A DNA stretch of 64,000 bases from an uncultured Acidobacteriota bacterium (lineage in GTDB: Bacteria; Acidobacteriota; Thermoanaerobaculia; UBA5066), in the NCBI GenBank assembly GCA_963801475.1, contig CAWDEX010000003.1, positions 11,638 through 75,637 of the forward strand. The letters run 5' to 3'. Within the stretch, counting starts at the first letter, position 1. Every line of letters begins with the position of its first letter. A program made the position numbers and the translations under genes. The notes beneath the pieces were generated by a model. The model saw only the letters and a program-made list of their open reading frames with translations, was not told the origin of the DNA and ran no database searches. Below are positions 1-8,010 of the stretch, piece by piece.

Positions 1-203
1 ATCAGCATCGTCGCGTGCTCGATCTCTTCGTTCTTGTTGTGCAGCAGCACATCCTTCAACGGTGGATCGGCACACGTGTCGGCACGTTGCTGGTACCAGT
101 CGATGGCCTGCAGCTCCTCCATCAGGCTGACGATCGCGCGGTGCATCTCGCGCGTCTCCACCGACAGGAGCTCCGGCGGCTCGTGAGAGGCGTCACTCGT
201 CAT
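1..203 (-). CDS. Encapsulin-associated ferritin-like protein (EncFtn/Flp), 3' end outside window
   Basis: Not in the ORF track. Manual translation from ATG at 203: MTSDASHEPPELLSVETREMHRAIVSLMEELQAIDWYQQRADTCADPPLKDVLLHNKNEEIEHATML. It carries the HRAIVSxMEELxAxDWYxQR and HNxxEExEHA ferroxidase motifs of EncFtn; GGAG RBS upstream. Confidence 0.9.
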   Translation of the reverse strand, partial: MTSDASHEPPELLSVETREMHRAIVSLMEELQAIDWYQQRADTCADPPLKDVLLHNKNEEIEHATML

Positions 204-626
204 GCCGTTCTCCGGAAGGAAGGGGCCGGGTGGACGTCCCCGGCCGGTTGGTAGGCCATCCACGGGTTGTGGTCGAGGGGCAGGACGCCCCCAGGCTCAG
301 CGGTTCGGTCCGCCGCGAGCACCGTGGAGAATGAGTCGATCGTAAGCACTCCTAATCGCACACCTTGTCCGAGGTAACCGCAGGAGTCTTCTTCTTCAGA
401 TCCATCCCGGATCTCCTTTGGTCCCGGCCCTTGTGTTGCAATTCGGCGGCCACGGCTTCTGCCGGGGCGAGACCTCTGGCCGCCCCGCGCGCCGGTGCGG
501 CTACAGGGACGTTCCGGCCACCGATGAGGGTCGAGAGAGTTCAAGTGCGTGCGCCGCAGGCAGTTCTTGAGGAATGACGGGCTCGCGGTGTTGTATTTCT
601 TTCAATTCGAGGGAGAGCGCCAGTCG

Positions 627-998
627 ATGCGGACCGACGATCTGGATCACGAAGAGCTCCTGGAGGTCGATCCGGAGGGATGCGTGATCCGCGTCGCCGG
701 GCAGCGAGCGTTCCTAATCGACGCGGTCGCGATGGGGCTCCTGGGAAAGTACCCCGTAGGGAAGTTCGGCCTCACGGCCGCCCGTATCATGCTCACCCGG
801 CTCGGCTTCGCCCACGGATGGCGGATGACCGGGGCCATGAAGGCCGGGTTCGAGTGGGACACCGACGAGCACTGGCGCCGCGCGGGCACCAGCACCCGCG
901 CTCGTGAAGGCCTTTTCCGCGTCGAGCCGGGAAGCAAGGGATTCCATTCGAAAAAGGGCGTGACGGCCCTCGCCTCGTACGAGGCAGAGCATTTCTGA
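627..998 (+). pseudogene. Truncated XylR-N/V4R-type sigma54 activator (N-terminal domain only)
   Basis: MRTDDLDHEELLEVDPEGCVIRVAGQRAFLIDAVAMGLL...GFAHGWR...ASYEAEHF resembles the XylR N-terminal domain. It stops before any AAA+ or HTH domain. Confidence 0.7.
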
Positions 999-999
999 A

Positions 1000-1126
1000 C
1001 GGCCGGGCTTCTCTTGGTCTGTTCGCGGCCATGTTCCCAGCCCTTCCGGCGATGGCGCAGGTGCCGCTCGGAACCGCTGCCCGTATTGGCGTGCTCGGCG
1101 GCCAGGGTGTCACGAACACGGGGCCT
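1000..1126 (+). pseudogene. 5' fragment of a DUF3494/ice-binding-like secreted protein
   Basis: Signal-like ASLGLFAAMFPALPAMA, then QVPLGTAARIGVLGGQGVTNTGP, matching the LGTAAxFxVLxGxxVTNTGP start of DUF3494 domains. Similarity ends where a repeat copy begins. Confidence 0.55.
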
Positions 1127-1280
1127 GAAAACATAGGTCGCATAGCCGACCGACAGAGGAGCCCTGTCCCTTTCCTGCGGACCTTGAAGGGTCCAGCGGT
1201 TGACAGGCACCCGTCAATCCTCATGGCACGCTTGCACCGCGACGCTTCAGCCGCGTCTGACCGGGTGTTTTACTTCCGGG
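1121..1280 (+). repeat. Dispersed repeat family, degenerate core copy
   Basis: ggcctgaaaacataggtcgcatagccgaccgacagaggagccc...agggtccagcggttgacaggcacccg aligns by eye with 4103-4195. Confidence 0.7.
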
Positions 1281-1415
1281 GCGGCAGGAGGTACGTTCCG
1301 CGAGATCCGGCGCGACTGCCGTCGCCGAAGATTCCGCCGCCTCCGATTCGAGGCTTCGCCAGGACTCGTGCCCGGAGCGCCAGCGATCGAGCGCTTCAGA
1401 ACGGAGAGCTAGAGC

Positions 1416-2603
1416 GTGCCGAAGATCAGGCCAGCGAGATCGGCGAAAGGACGGGCGCGCCCGTCGTATCCGGACCTTCGCGCGCTGTGGGACCGTGTGC
1501 TCCACGAACACGCTTCGCCACTGCGTGTTGGGCTCGCGGTCGGTGTCGGCGTTCTGGTCGGCTGCAGCCCGTTTCTCGGCCTTCAGGTTGCCATTGCGGC
1601 GCTTCTCGCAGTCGCTTTCCGCCTCAACAAGCTGGCGGTGTTCCTGGGGCTCCAGATCTCGGCCCCGCCGCTCCTGCCTCTCGTACTCTTCGTCGGAGCG
1701 CAGCTCGGGGAGCTCGTTCGACACGGCCATCTTCTTCCGATGGACCTCAACGCGCTCCGGACGATGCCGACGAGAGACCTCGTCCACCTTCTCTTCTTCG
1801 ACCTCCTTGCGGGAGGGACATTGCTCGGCCTCGTTCTCGGGACGACACTCGGAACGTTGGCCGCGAGAATAGCGACTCGTAAGGCCCCGCCAGAGTTTCG
1901 TCTCTCCCGCGACGAGATGGTGCAACTTGGGGCTCGACTCCCCGCCTTGCCCTTTCGGCTCCGTCAGTACGCCCGGTGGAAGATCCTTCTCGACCCGGTC
2001 TACGCGGTCGTTGCCTCCCGACTGAAGGGCGTCCGCGAGACCCTTGATCTCGGAGCAGGGTTGGGGATCATGGCCGCGGTTCTCGTTCATCGTGATCCGG
2101 AACGGCGTGTCATCGCCGTGGAGTGGGATGCACGAAAAGTGGCCGGGGCCAGGCGGTTTCTCTCAGGGCTCTCGAAGATCGACGTCGTCTGCGCCGATGC
2201 GCGGCTCTTCCCGACCGCTCCGGTCGAGTCGATTCTCTTGCTCGACGTTCTTCATTACAGCGAACCGGTCGCTCAGGATGCGTGGCTTGGCCGGTGCGCG
2301 GCCGCGCTGAAGCCGGGAGGGCTGCTGATCGTCCGAGAGCATGACGCCTCTTCCAGAGGATCATTGACGGAGGGTCTCGAGCGGCTGACGGTCAAACTCG
2401 GCTGGAATCGAGGCCACGGTGTCCATCCTCGGAGGACGATCGATCTCGTCCGCCGGCTCGAGAGCCTCGGTCTGGACGTCGAGACGATCGACAAGAGTGC
2501 TGCATTGGCCGGTCTCAGGCTGCTTGTCGCGCGTAACTCGTTCGCGGCTGAACGGGTCCTCAGCCCGGTTACCAGTCAGGGGGGACTCGCGCAAAGGGCG
2601 TAG
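1416..2603 (+). CDS. DUF2062 membrane domain fused to class I SAM-dependent methyltransferase
   Basis: N-terminal HASPLRVGLAVGVGVLVGCSPFLG TM region; C-terminal LDLGAGLG SAM motif and LLDVLHY. Confidence 0.85.
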   Translation: MPKIRPARSAKGRARPSYPDLRALWDRVLHEHASPLRVGLAVGVGVLVGCSPFLGLQVAIAALLAVAFRLNKLAVFLGLQISAPPLLPLVLFVGAQLGELVRHGHLLPMDLNALRTMPTRDLVHLLFFDLLAGGTLLGLVLGTTLGTLAARIATRKAPPEFRLSRDEMVQLGARLPALPFRLRQYARWKILLDPVYAVVASRLKGVRETLDLGAGLGIMAAVLVHRDPERRVIAVEWDARKVAGARRFLSGLSKIDVVCADARLFPTAPVESILLLDVLHYSEPVAQDAWLGRCAAALKPGGLLIVREHDASSRGSLTEGLERLTVKLGWNRGHGVHPRRTIDLVRRLESLGLDVETIDKSAALAGLRLLVARNSFAAERVLSPVTSQGGLAQRA

Positions 2604-2670
2604 GTTTCGATTCGTTCGAAAGCTTCGGTTCGAGCCCGGAGAGCCGGGCATGAGGAGGACGGAAGGCAGC
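2555..2670 (+). mobile_element. Highly decayed IS3-like left-end remnant
   Basis: gggcgtaggtttcgattcgttc...cggagagccgggcATGAGG resembles the sequence at 7588-7660 that precedes an IS3 OrfA-like start. Confidence 0.4.
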
Positions 2671-2796
2671 TCGCGTCGATCAGGCGCGGACCGCAGTGGG
2701 CTCGGAAAGACCCGTCTCGAATGGGTCTAGAATCTTGTCGTGGTGGTAAAGGTTGGTTGGTCAAGCGACCCTCAGGGTGGAACCCGCCCGGCGGAA

Positions 2797-3411
2797 ATGG
2801 ATTCGGCCTCTCGTCGAGAGGCGGAGGCGAAGAGCCCGGTCTCTGCCGTGACCGAGAGCCGTCACCGCACCGTCGCCCGCCGGCTGGCGCCGGCCGTCAT
2901 GCTCCTTTGCGTGCTGCTCCCGGTTACCGCACGCGGGCTGGAGGTCAGGATCACTCCCGGCGCCGTCAAACGCGCGATCGAGATGTCCGCTTTTGTCAAC
3001 GGCGAGCTTACCCGGGAAACAGCCAACGGTTTTCTCGGCGTGACCTTGCGCAATCTCCGGGTTCGGTTTGATCCGGCCTCGAGCCGGGTATTGCTTGACG
3101 CCGACGCCGTCACGACTCTTTCCTGGTCTGGCGTCCTTACGATGTCGTTCCGGCCCAAGGTCGCGGGATCGAGGCTGTGGCTCGAGGACATCAGAATCGA
3201 GGGTGTCGATTCTGACCTGGTTCGCAACACCCTTCGCGAGCTCTTGAGCGCAGCGCTGGCAAGTCCCCGCGTCGATCTCGAGGAGAAGGCTCGGTCACCC
3301 ATCAGCGCATCTCCATACTCCCTCCGCATCTCGTCGCCGACGGTGAGAGACCTCCAGGTTACGAGCGCGTACATTCTTCTCCAGCTCGACGGCAGGGTGA
3401 CGGTCGAGTAG
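2797..3411 (+). CDS. Hypothetical secreted protein
   Basis: Signal-like RRLAPAVMLLCVLLPVTARG followed by a beta-rich mature region; start uncertain. Confidence 0.6.
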   Translation: MDSASRREAEAKSPVSAVTESRHRTVARRLAPAVMLLCVLLPVTARGLEVRITPGAVKRAIEMSAFVNGELTRETANGFLGVTLRNLRVRFDPASSRVLLDADAVTTLSWSGVLTMSFRPKVAGSRLWLEDIRIEGVDSDLVRNTLRELLSAALASPRVDLEEKARSPISASPYSLRISSPTVRDLQVTSAYILLQLDGRVTVE

Positions 3412-3608
3412 GTCTGCTTCCCTTCTCGCGATGCGAGGCCGACCTGCTCTCCGAACGCTCGTCCACCGGGGGACGCCCTATGTTCAGGGCCGCAAAGGGG
3501 ATTGCGACGCGTCGTCGCACGGGGAGACGAGCGTTTCGTTGTTGCGCGCCCGGTCGGCGGACGCCCGTCGGCCCCGTCTCAGGCTGCGGCGCGTATACGA
3601 TGTCGCAC

Positions 3609-3908
3609 ATGGGTAAAGAGCCGAAATCCGCCTACGACCTTGCGATGAAAAGGCTGGAGGTCGCCGACCGTGAGTCCGGAGTCAAGGAGATCTCGCTCTC
3701 CGGCGTGCAGAAAGAGGCGATCGCCGAGGCCCGGAGTGTCGCGGCGTCGCGCCTGGCCGAGCGAGAGATCCTCTTTCGCGACGCGATGCAAAAGACCGCC
3801 GATCCGGCCGAGCGCGATAAGGTCGAGGACGAGTACCGGATCGACCGGAAGCGGATCGAGGACGACCGGGACCGCGCCATCGAGTCGATCCGGCGCCGCC
3901 GCCGCTGA
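3609..3908 (+). CDS. Small helical hypothetical protein (PKSAYDLAMKRL type)
   Basis: Charged coiled-coil-like ORF; TACGAT -10-like hexamer 7 nt before the ATG, so possibly leaderless. Confidence 0.75.
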   Translation: MGKEPKSAYDLAMKRLEVADRESGVKEISLSGVQKEAIAEARSVAASRLAEREILFRDAMQKTADPAERDKVEDEYRIDRKRIEDDRDRAIESIRRRRR

Positions 3909-3926
3909 GATATCCGTGGAGGGCTG

Positions 3927-4384
3927 TGTAGGGGTGCCATGGGGATTGCCGGGCGTCTTGTCGGGCAACCCAGGACCACAATGGGGATTGCGGCCCGCAG
4001 CGAAGAAGTGTGGAGTGCCAGTTTGTCGGAGACGACACGCTTCCCGGTGCAGTTCATTCAGAGGCAGTTCCGGGCTGAGAACGGGTTGAATGTTCTCTGT
4101 TTGGCCCGAGAATACGGTTCGTGCGGCCGACCGAGTGGGGAGCCACTTCACGTTCCCGGGAGCCTGACAGGGTTTAGCGGTTTACAGATACCCCGCGACG
4201 ACCTCGCGGGGTCCCGCGTCTAAAGGTCGTGGAATCTGAAGGGTTTCCGCATGGCGTGTCGGCCCTGGCCTGTTCTCTGCCGCTGGAACTGAGAACGCCG
4301 AGTCACCCGCCAGAAGCCTTCTCTGGCCCGGTAGCCGCTCTCTGGCGGCCTGAAATGTCGAGAGCGGCCGAAGGCGGTTAACAG
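3927..4384 (+). repeat. Dispersed repeat family, near-complete copy (left end plus core)
   Basis: Starts TGTAGGGGTGCCATGGGGATTGCC; GGAGCCA 4139-4145; GCGGTTTACAG 4177-4187; hairpin ACCCCGCGA-cgacc-TCGCGGGGT 4190-4212; second GCGGTTAACAG 4374-4384. Confidence 0.85.
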
Positions 4385-4389
4385 GGACC

Positions 4390-4776
4390 TCAGGACTCGG
4401 AGTAAGTCGAGTAGTCCACCGTCAGTTCTTCGTTCGCTCGGATATTCCGCAACGCGAAGAACTCGTCGTTGCTGTCGAACGCGACGTTGGGATGATCGGA
4501 GTGGTTCAGGTACCACGACGGAGTCAGTTGATTGAAGTTCTTCGGACAGCCGTACCGTCCGTCTTCCTTTACGGTGAAATCCTCATAGAACGCGCGTAGA
4601 GCCTTCGGCAACCGCGAGACCACAGTCTCTGGTACCCACCGTATCTGTGTGCTGTCGTGGTTGAAGAGATAGGTGCCTTTCCGAATTCGCTTGATGGCTA
4701 TGACGCCGACTCCGTGAATTCGTGAAGGTGCTAGCCGAGTAAAGACATCGGCGTGAGGCCAGCGCCGTGACCGCAT
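4390..4776 (-). CDS. SET-domain protein (putative lysine methyltransferase)
   Basis: SRIHGVGVIA (GxG motif), YLNHSDHPNV (NHS motif), IRANEELTVDY (ELxxDY); AGGAGG RBS. Confidence 0.9.
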   Translation of the reverse strand: MRSRRWPHADVFTRLAPSRIHGVGVIAIKRIRKGTYLFNHDSTQIRWVPETVVSRLPKALRAFYEDFTVKEDGRYGCPKNFNQLTPSWYLNHSDHPNVAFDSNDEFFALRNIRANEELTVDYSTYSES

Positions 4777-4969
4777 AGGTCGGACCTCCTTCGCGGCGTT
4801 ACGGTGGACTGGAAAGGAGTCTATGCGAGACAGCCGGGTGCTGCGGGAAGGACGCAATGGGAGTTGCGGCAGGGCCGAAAGGGCGACTGGCGCGGGAGGG
4901 AAGGAAAGCGACGATAACCTCGGTGTCGGGAGAATGCCAGTCAGGCCGGACGGAGCCGCGCCATCTCCC

Positions 4970-7366
4970 TCAGCTGCCGTTTACCCCCAGGCGCGCTCTC
5001 TCTTTCCATCGGGCCGCATCTCTATCCAGTTTCATCCTGCCGTAGAGATCGGCGATGAGTCTGTAGGTCACAACGGACGGGTTCTGTCTCGCGAAGCCGT
5101 TGAGGACCTCATGGACCTTCTGCACATCGTATCCCCAGGCATAAAGGAGGCACAGCGACGTGGCGGCGTCCGCATTCGTCGGGTTGAGGGTCAACTCGGT
5201 CAGGAGGTGCCGTTCCGCTTCCTGTCGGAGCTGGGTCCGCCCGGCTTCGTCTTCGATGTTGCGGCTTTCCTGAAGGAGCAGGGCTCCCAGGTAGAAATGG
5301 ATGTAAGGCAAGGTCCGGGGGGAACGCCCCTGGAGTCCTTCGAGGGCTTTCTGGAACAAGGGAAGCGCCTTCGAATACTCCCGGTTTCGATACGACAGGA
5401 CCCCTTCGATGTACGGAACGGCGGCGGGTAGGCCTCGTGCTGCTCGAGTTGCCGCCTCTCGGGCGGCTTCGGGTCGTCCTTCGGTGACTTCCAGAAAGGC
5501 GCGCCGGGCCTCCGCTTCATCCGGCTTTTCGAAGGCGGCTATTTCCAGCTCTTTCCTGGCTTCCTCGGGTCGCTTGAGCTGAACGAGGATGTCGACGAGA
5601 TCAAAGCGTTGCCGACTTCTCTTCGGTGCTATCAGAAGGCTCTGTTTCAGCGCGTCCGCTGCCTTGTCGAGGTCGCCAAGGCGCCGGTATGTTTCGCTCA
5701 GCTCGTCCCACGCGTCGATCATTCGAGGACTGCCCGCCAGGACCTTCTGGAGAATCCCGGCCACCTTGGTAAAGAAGAAAGCGCTCTTCAGCCTCATGGC
5801 CTGGCGGTAGAGGACCAGATCTCCGATACGATCCTTCGGATCGGGAGCCGCGTCGTCCCCGCGTGAATCCAGCGTCCCGGAGCCGATATAGCCGAGGGCC
5901 CGGAGCTTCTTGACCTGTTCCTCGTCGACGGTGTCCGGGGCCTTGAGCACCGTTTGCCCCACGTAGCTCCTCAACCCCCTGTGCATCTTCTCGTACTCGA
6001 GGGCTACGGACCGGGAAAGCCCCGCGCTCGGCGACACGTCCGAAGTGCGCTGGGAGAGGATGTTGTGTACCTCCCCTGGGTCCTGCCGGACATCGTAGAG
6101 TTCCTGCCGCGGAGCGAGAATGAAGCTGTACTGAGAGCCCGTCAGGCTGAAGAGTTCTTTCCAGCCGAAGTGCAGGCGGCCGTACAGGCTCTCCGCATAT
6201 ATCTGGCGGTCTTCGGGGAACTCCTGGCCTCGAAGCGCCGGAATCAGCGACTTCCCCGGAAGCTGCGAATTCGGCGGGAGACCGGCCCAGTCGAAGATGG
6301 TCGGTGCGACGTCGATGAGCTGCACCGGAGCCTGAACGCGACTCCCGCCCTTCTGGCTCCCGGGAAGCTTGATGATGAGCGGGACGCGCGTCACCTCCCG
6401 GTACAGGAAGACCCCGTGGTCGGGTTCACCGTGGTCACCGAGGGCTTCGCCATGGTCCGAAAGCAGGACGATCAGGCTCGAATCGTAGAGGCCCAGCTTC
6501 CGTAGCCCCGCAAAGAGGTTGCCCACGATCTCGTCGCTGTACATGACTTCCCCGTCATAGGGAGCCCTGTCCGGCCGCAGGAATCGGGTGGGTGGCTTGT
6601 ACGGCGTGTGAGGTTCGTAAAAGTGGACGAACAGGAAGACGGGACCCTTCTTGCCCACCGAGGATCCGGATCCCGTGGATTGTTTGGTCAACCAGGCCAG
6701 AGCCCGGCCGAGGGTCTCAATTCCGTCTCGTTGGACCTCCGTGACAGGAACCTGGGCATCGGTCACTTTCATGTCATCGTCGAACCACTCGAAACCCTGG
6801 GAGATTCCCGTCGATGAGTGCAGCACGTACGCGGAGACGGCCCCGCCTGTGGAATAGCCGGCTTGCTTCAATTCCGTCGCCAGCGTTCTGGCGCCCCTGT
6901 CGACCTGGAAACCAATGTTGTTTCGCACTCCATGCACAGGAGGCAGCAAGCCGGTGAAGATGGATGCGTGGGCCGGGAGCGTCAGTGGAACGTGGGTGTA
7001 GCAGTTCTCGAAGACGACGCCGCCGCGGGCCAGTTCGTCGATGGCGGGCGTCTGGATCTTTCCATAGCCGTAGATCGGCAATCGGTCAGCCCTCAACGTG
7101 TCGATGGAGATGAGGATGACCGGCGTGCGGCGAGCGGCTGCACCGTACAGGCGAATGAGCGTCAGAGTGAAGAATCCCAGGACCAGGACGAGGAGCGCAG
7201 CCAGAGCGACTTTCCGGGTTCTCGGCCGGATGGCACGGATAACACGCTGGAGGGCGCCCGTCCGTTCAGGGTGGCGCCGGGTGTGTACGGAGCTTTCTGC
7301 ACGGGGCTGGGCGCGCCCGGGCTCATCCGGGGTGCGATTCTTCGTGCCGCTTCGTTTCCGGGCCAT
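4970..7366 (-). CDS. Sulfatase-like hydrolase/transferase with C-terminal TPR repeats
   Basis: ILISIDTLRADRL, PLTLPAHASIFTG, HFYEPHTPY, LSDHGE; N-terminal TM; TPR-like helices after LRALGYI. Confidence 0.9.
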   Translation of the reverse strand: MARKRSGTKNRTPDEPGRAQPRAESSVHTRRHPERTGALQRVIRAIRPRTRKVALAALLVLVLGFFTLTLIRLYGAAARRTPVILISIDTLRADRLPIYGYGKIQTPAIDELARGGVVFENCYTHVPLTLPAHASIFTGLLPPVHGVRNNIGFQVDRGARTLATELKQAGYSTGGAVSAYVLHSSTGISQGFEWFDDDMKVTDAQVPVTEVQRDGIETLGRALAWLTKQSTGSGSSVGKKGPVFLFVHFYEPHTPYKPPTRFLRPDRAPYDGEVMYSDEIVGNLFAGLRKLGLYDSSLIVLLSDHGEALGDHGEPDHGVFLYREVTRVPLIIKLPGSQKGGSRVQAPVQLIDVAPTIFDWAGLPPNSQLPGKSLIPALRGQEFPEDRQIYAESLYGRLHFGWKELFSLTGSQYSFILAPRQELYDVRQDPGEVHNILSQRTSDVSPSAGLSRSVALEYEKMHRGLRSYVGQTVLKAPDTVDEEQVKKLRALGYIGSGTLDSRGDDAAPDPKDRIGDLVLYRQAMRLKSAFFFTKVAGILQKVLAGSPRMIDAWDELSETYRRLGDLDKAADALKQSLLIAPKRSRQRFDLVDILVQLKRPEEARKELEIAAFEKPDEAEARRAFLEVTEGRPEAAREAATRAARGLPAAVPYIEGVLSYRNREYSKALPLFQKALEGLQGRSPRTLPYIHFYLGALLLQESRNIEDEAGRTQLRQEAERHLLTELTLNPTNADAATSLCLLYAWGYDVQKVHEVLNGFARQNPSVVTYRLIADLYGRMKLDRDAARWKERARLGVNGS

Positions 7367-7544
7367 GGAGCGCTTTCTTCTCGCAGGTTTCGAGCGGAAT
7401 CGAGAGGTCAAGCTCTGGGAGGTAACTCTGTTCCCGTGGCTGTCACTTGATTGGCTCGCGATGACGCGGCGTGTCCCGCCCCTCAGTCACCGACAGGATT
7501 GAATCGGAGCCTCCTACAAGCGCCTCGGAATGCTAGCACCCGGG

Positions 7545-7710
7545 GGGGTCTTTTCCCGTTTCTTGGTCCAGACCGACTCTAGTTAGGGGGCGTAGATTTC
7601 GGTTCGTTCCTAGGCTCCGGGGGAGCGTGGAGAACGGATCGTTGAGGAAAAGCCGGTTCAGCGAACAGAAGATCGCACGGGCCCTGGGACAGGGTGAGGC
7701 CCGGGAGCTG
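7545..7710 (+). mobile_element. IS3-family left-end remnant with OrfA N-terminus
   Basis: IR-like cttttcccgtttcttggtcca, then GGAG RBS and LRKSRFSEQKIARALGQGEA (compare IS3 OrfA MRKSRFSEEQI); the rest of the transposase is absent. Confidence 0.6.
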
Positions 7711-7894
7711 GGGAGTGCCGCGGGGATCGGACGGGCGGCCGGGTGGACCGAACGGGATGCGGCGGGATCGTCGGGACATCCGAGGCGACCGGACTGGAAT
7801 GAGCGCATGACGAGCCCTCGTCGGGCCAGAATGCCAGCGCCCCCGGCCCGAATCGGGGCTACTGCCGATGGCGGGAAACCGGCTCCAGGGGGTG

Positions 7895-7960
7895 ACCGCC
7901 GCCGGCTATTCCCAACGCGCCCTTACAATACCCCGCAATTCCCAATGCATCCCTCCAACT
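7895..7960 (+). repeat. Right-end-type fragment of the dispersed repeat (two inverted end motifs)
   Basis: cgccggctattcccaacgcgcccttaca and ccccgcaattcccaatgcatccctcc resemble 18268-18290 cgccggcaattcccatcgcgc. Confidence 0.6.
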
Positions 7961-8010
7961 CCGCGGAGGTCAGCGAGTTTCCTGGCTGAGTCCCGGGGTC
8001 ACCGCCCTGC

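Noticed and set aside
200-544. 114-aa ORF overlapping the ferritin start
   Set aside because: Low-complexity Arg/Gly sequence with no motif; probably the ferritin promoter/RBS region.
4100-4150. tRNA gene ending GGAGCCA
   Set aside because: No cloverleaf; T-arm spacing is wrong and there is no D-arm or anticodon arm in the correct orientation.
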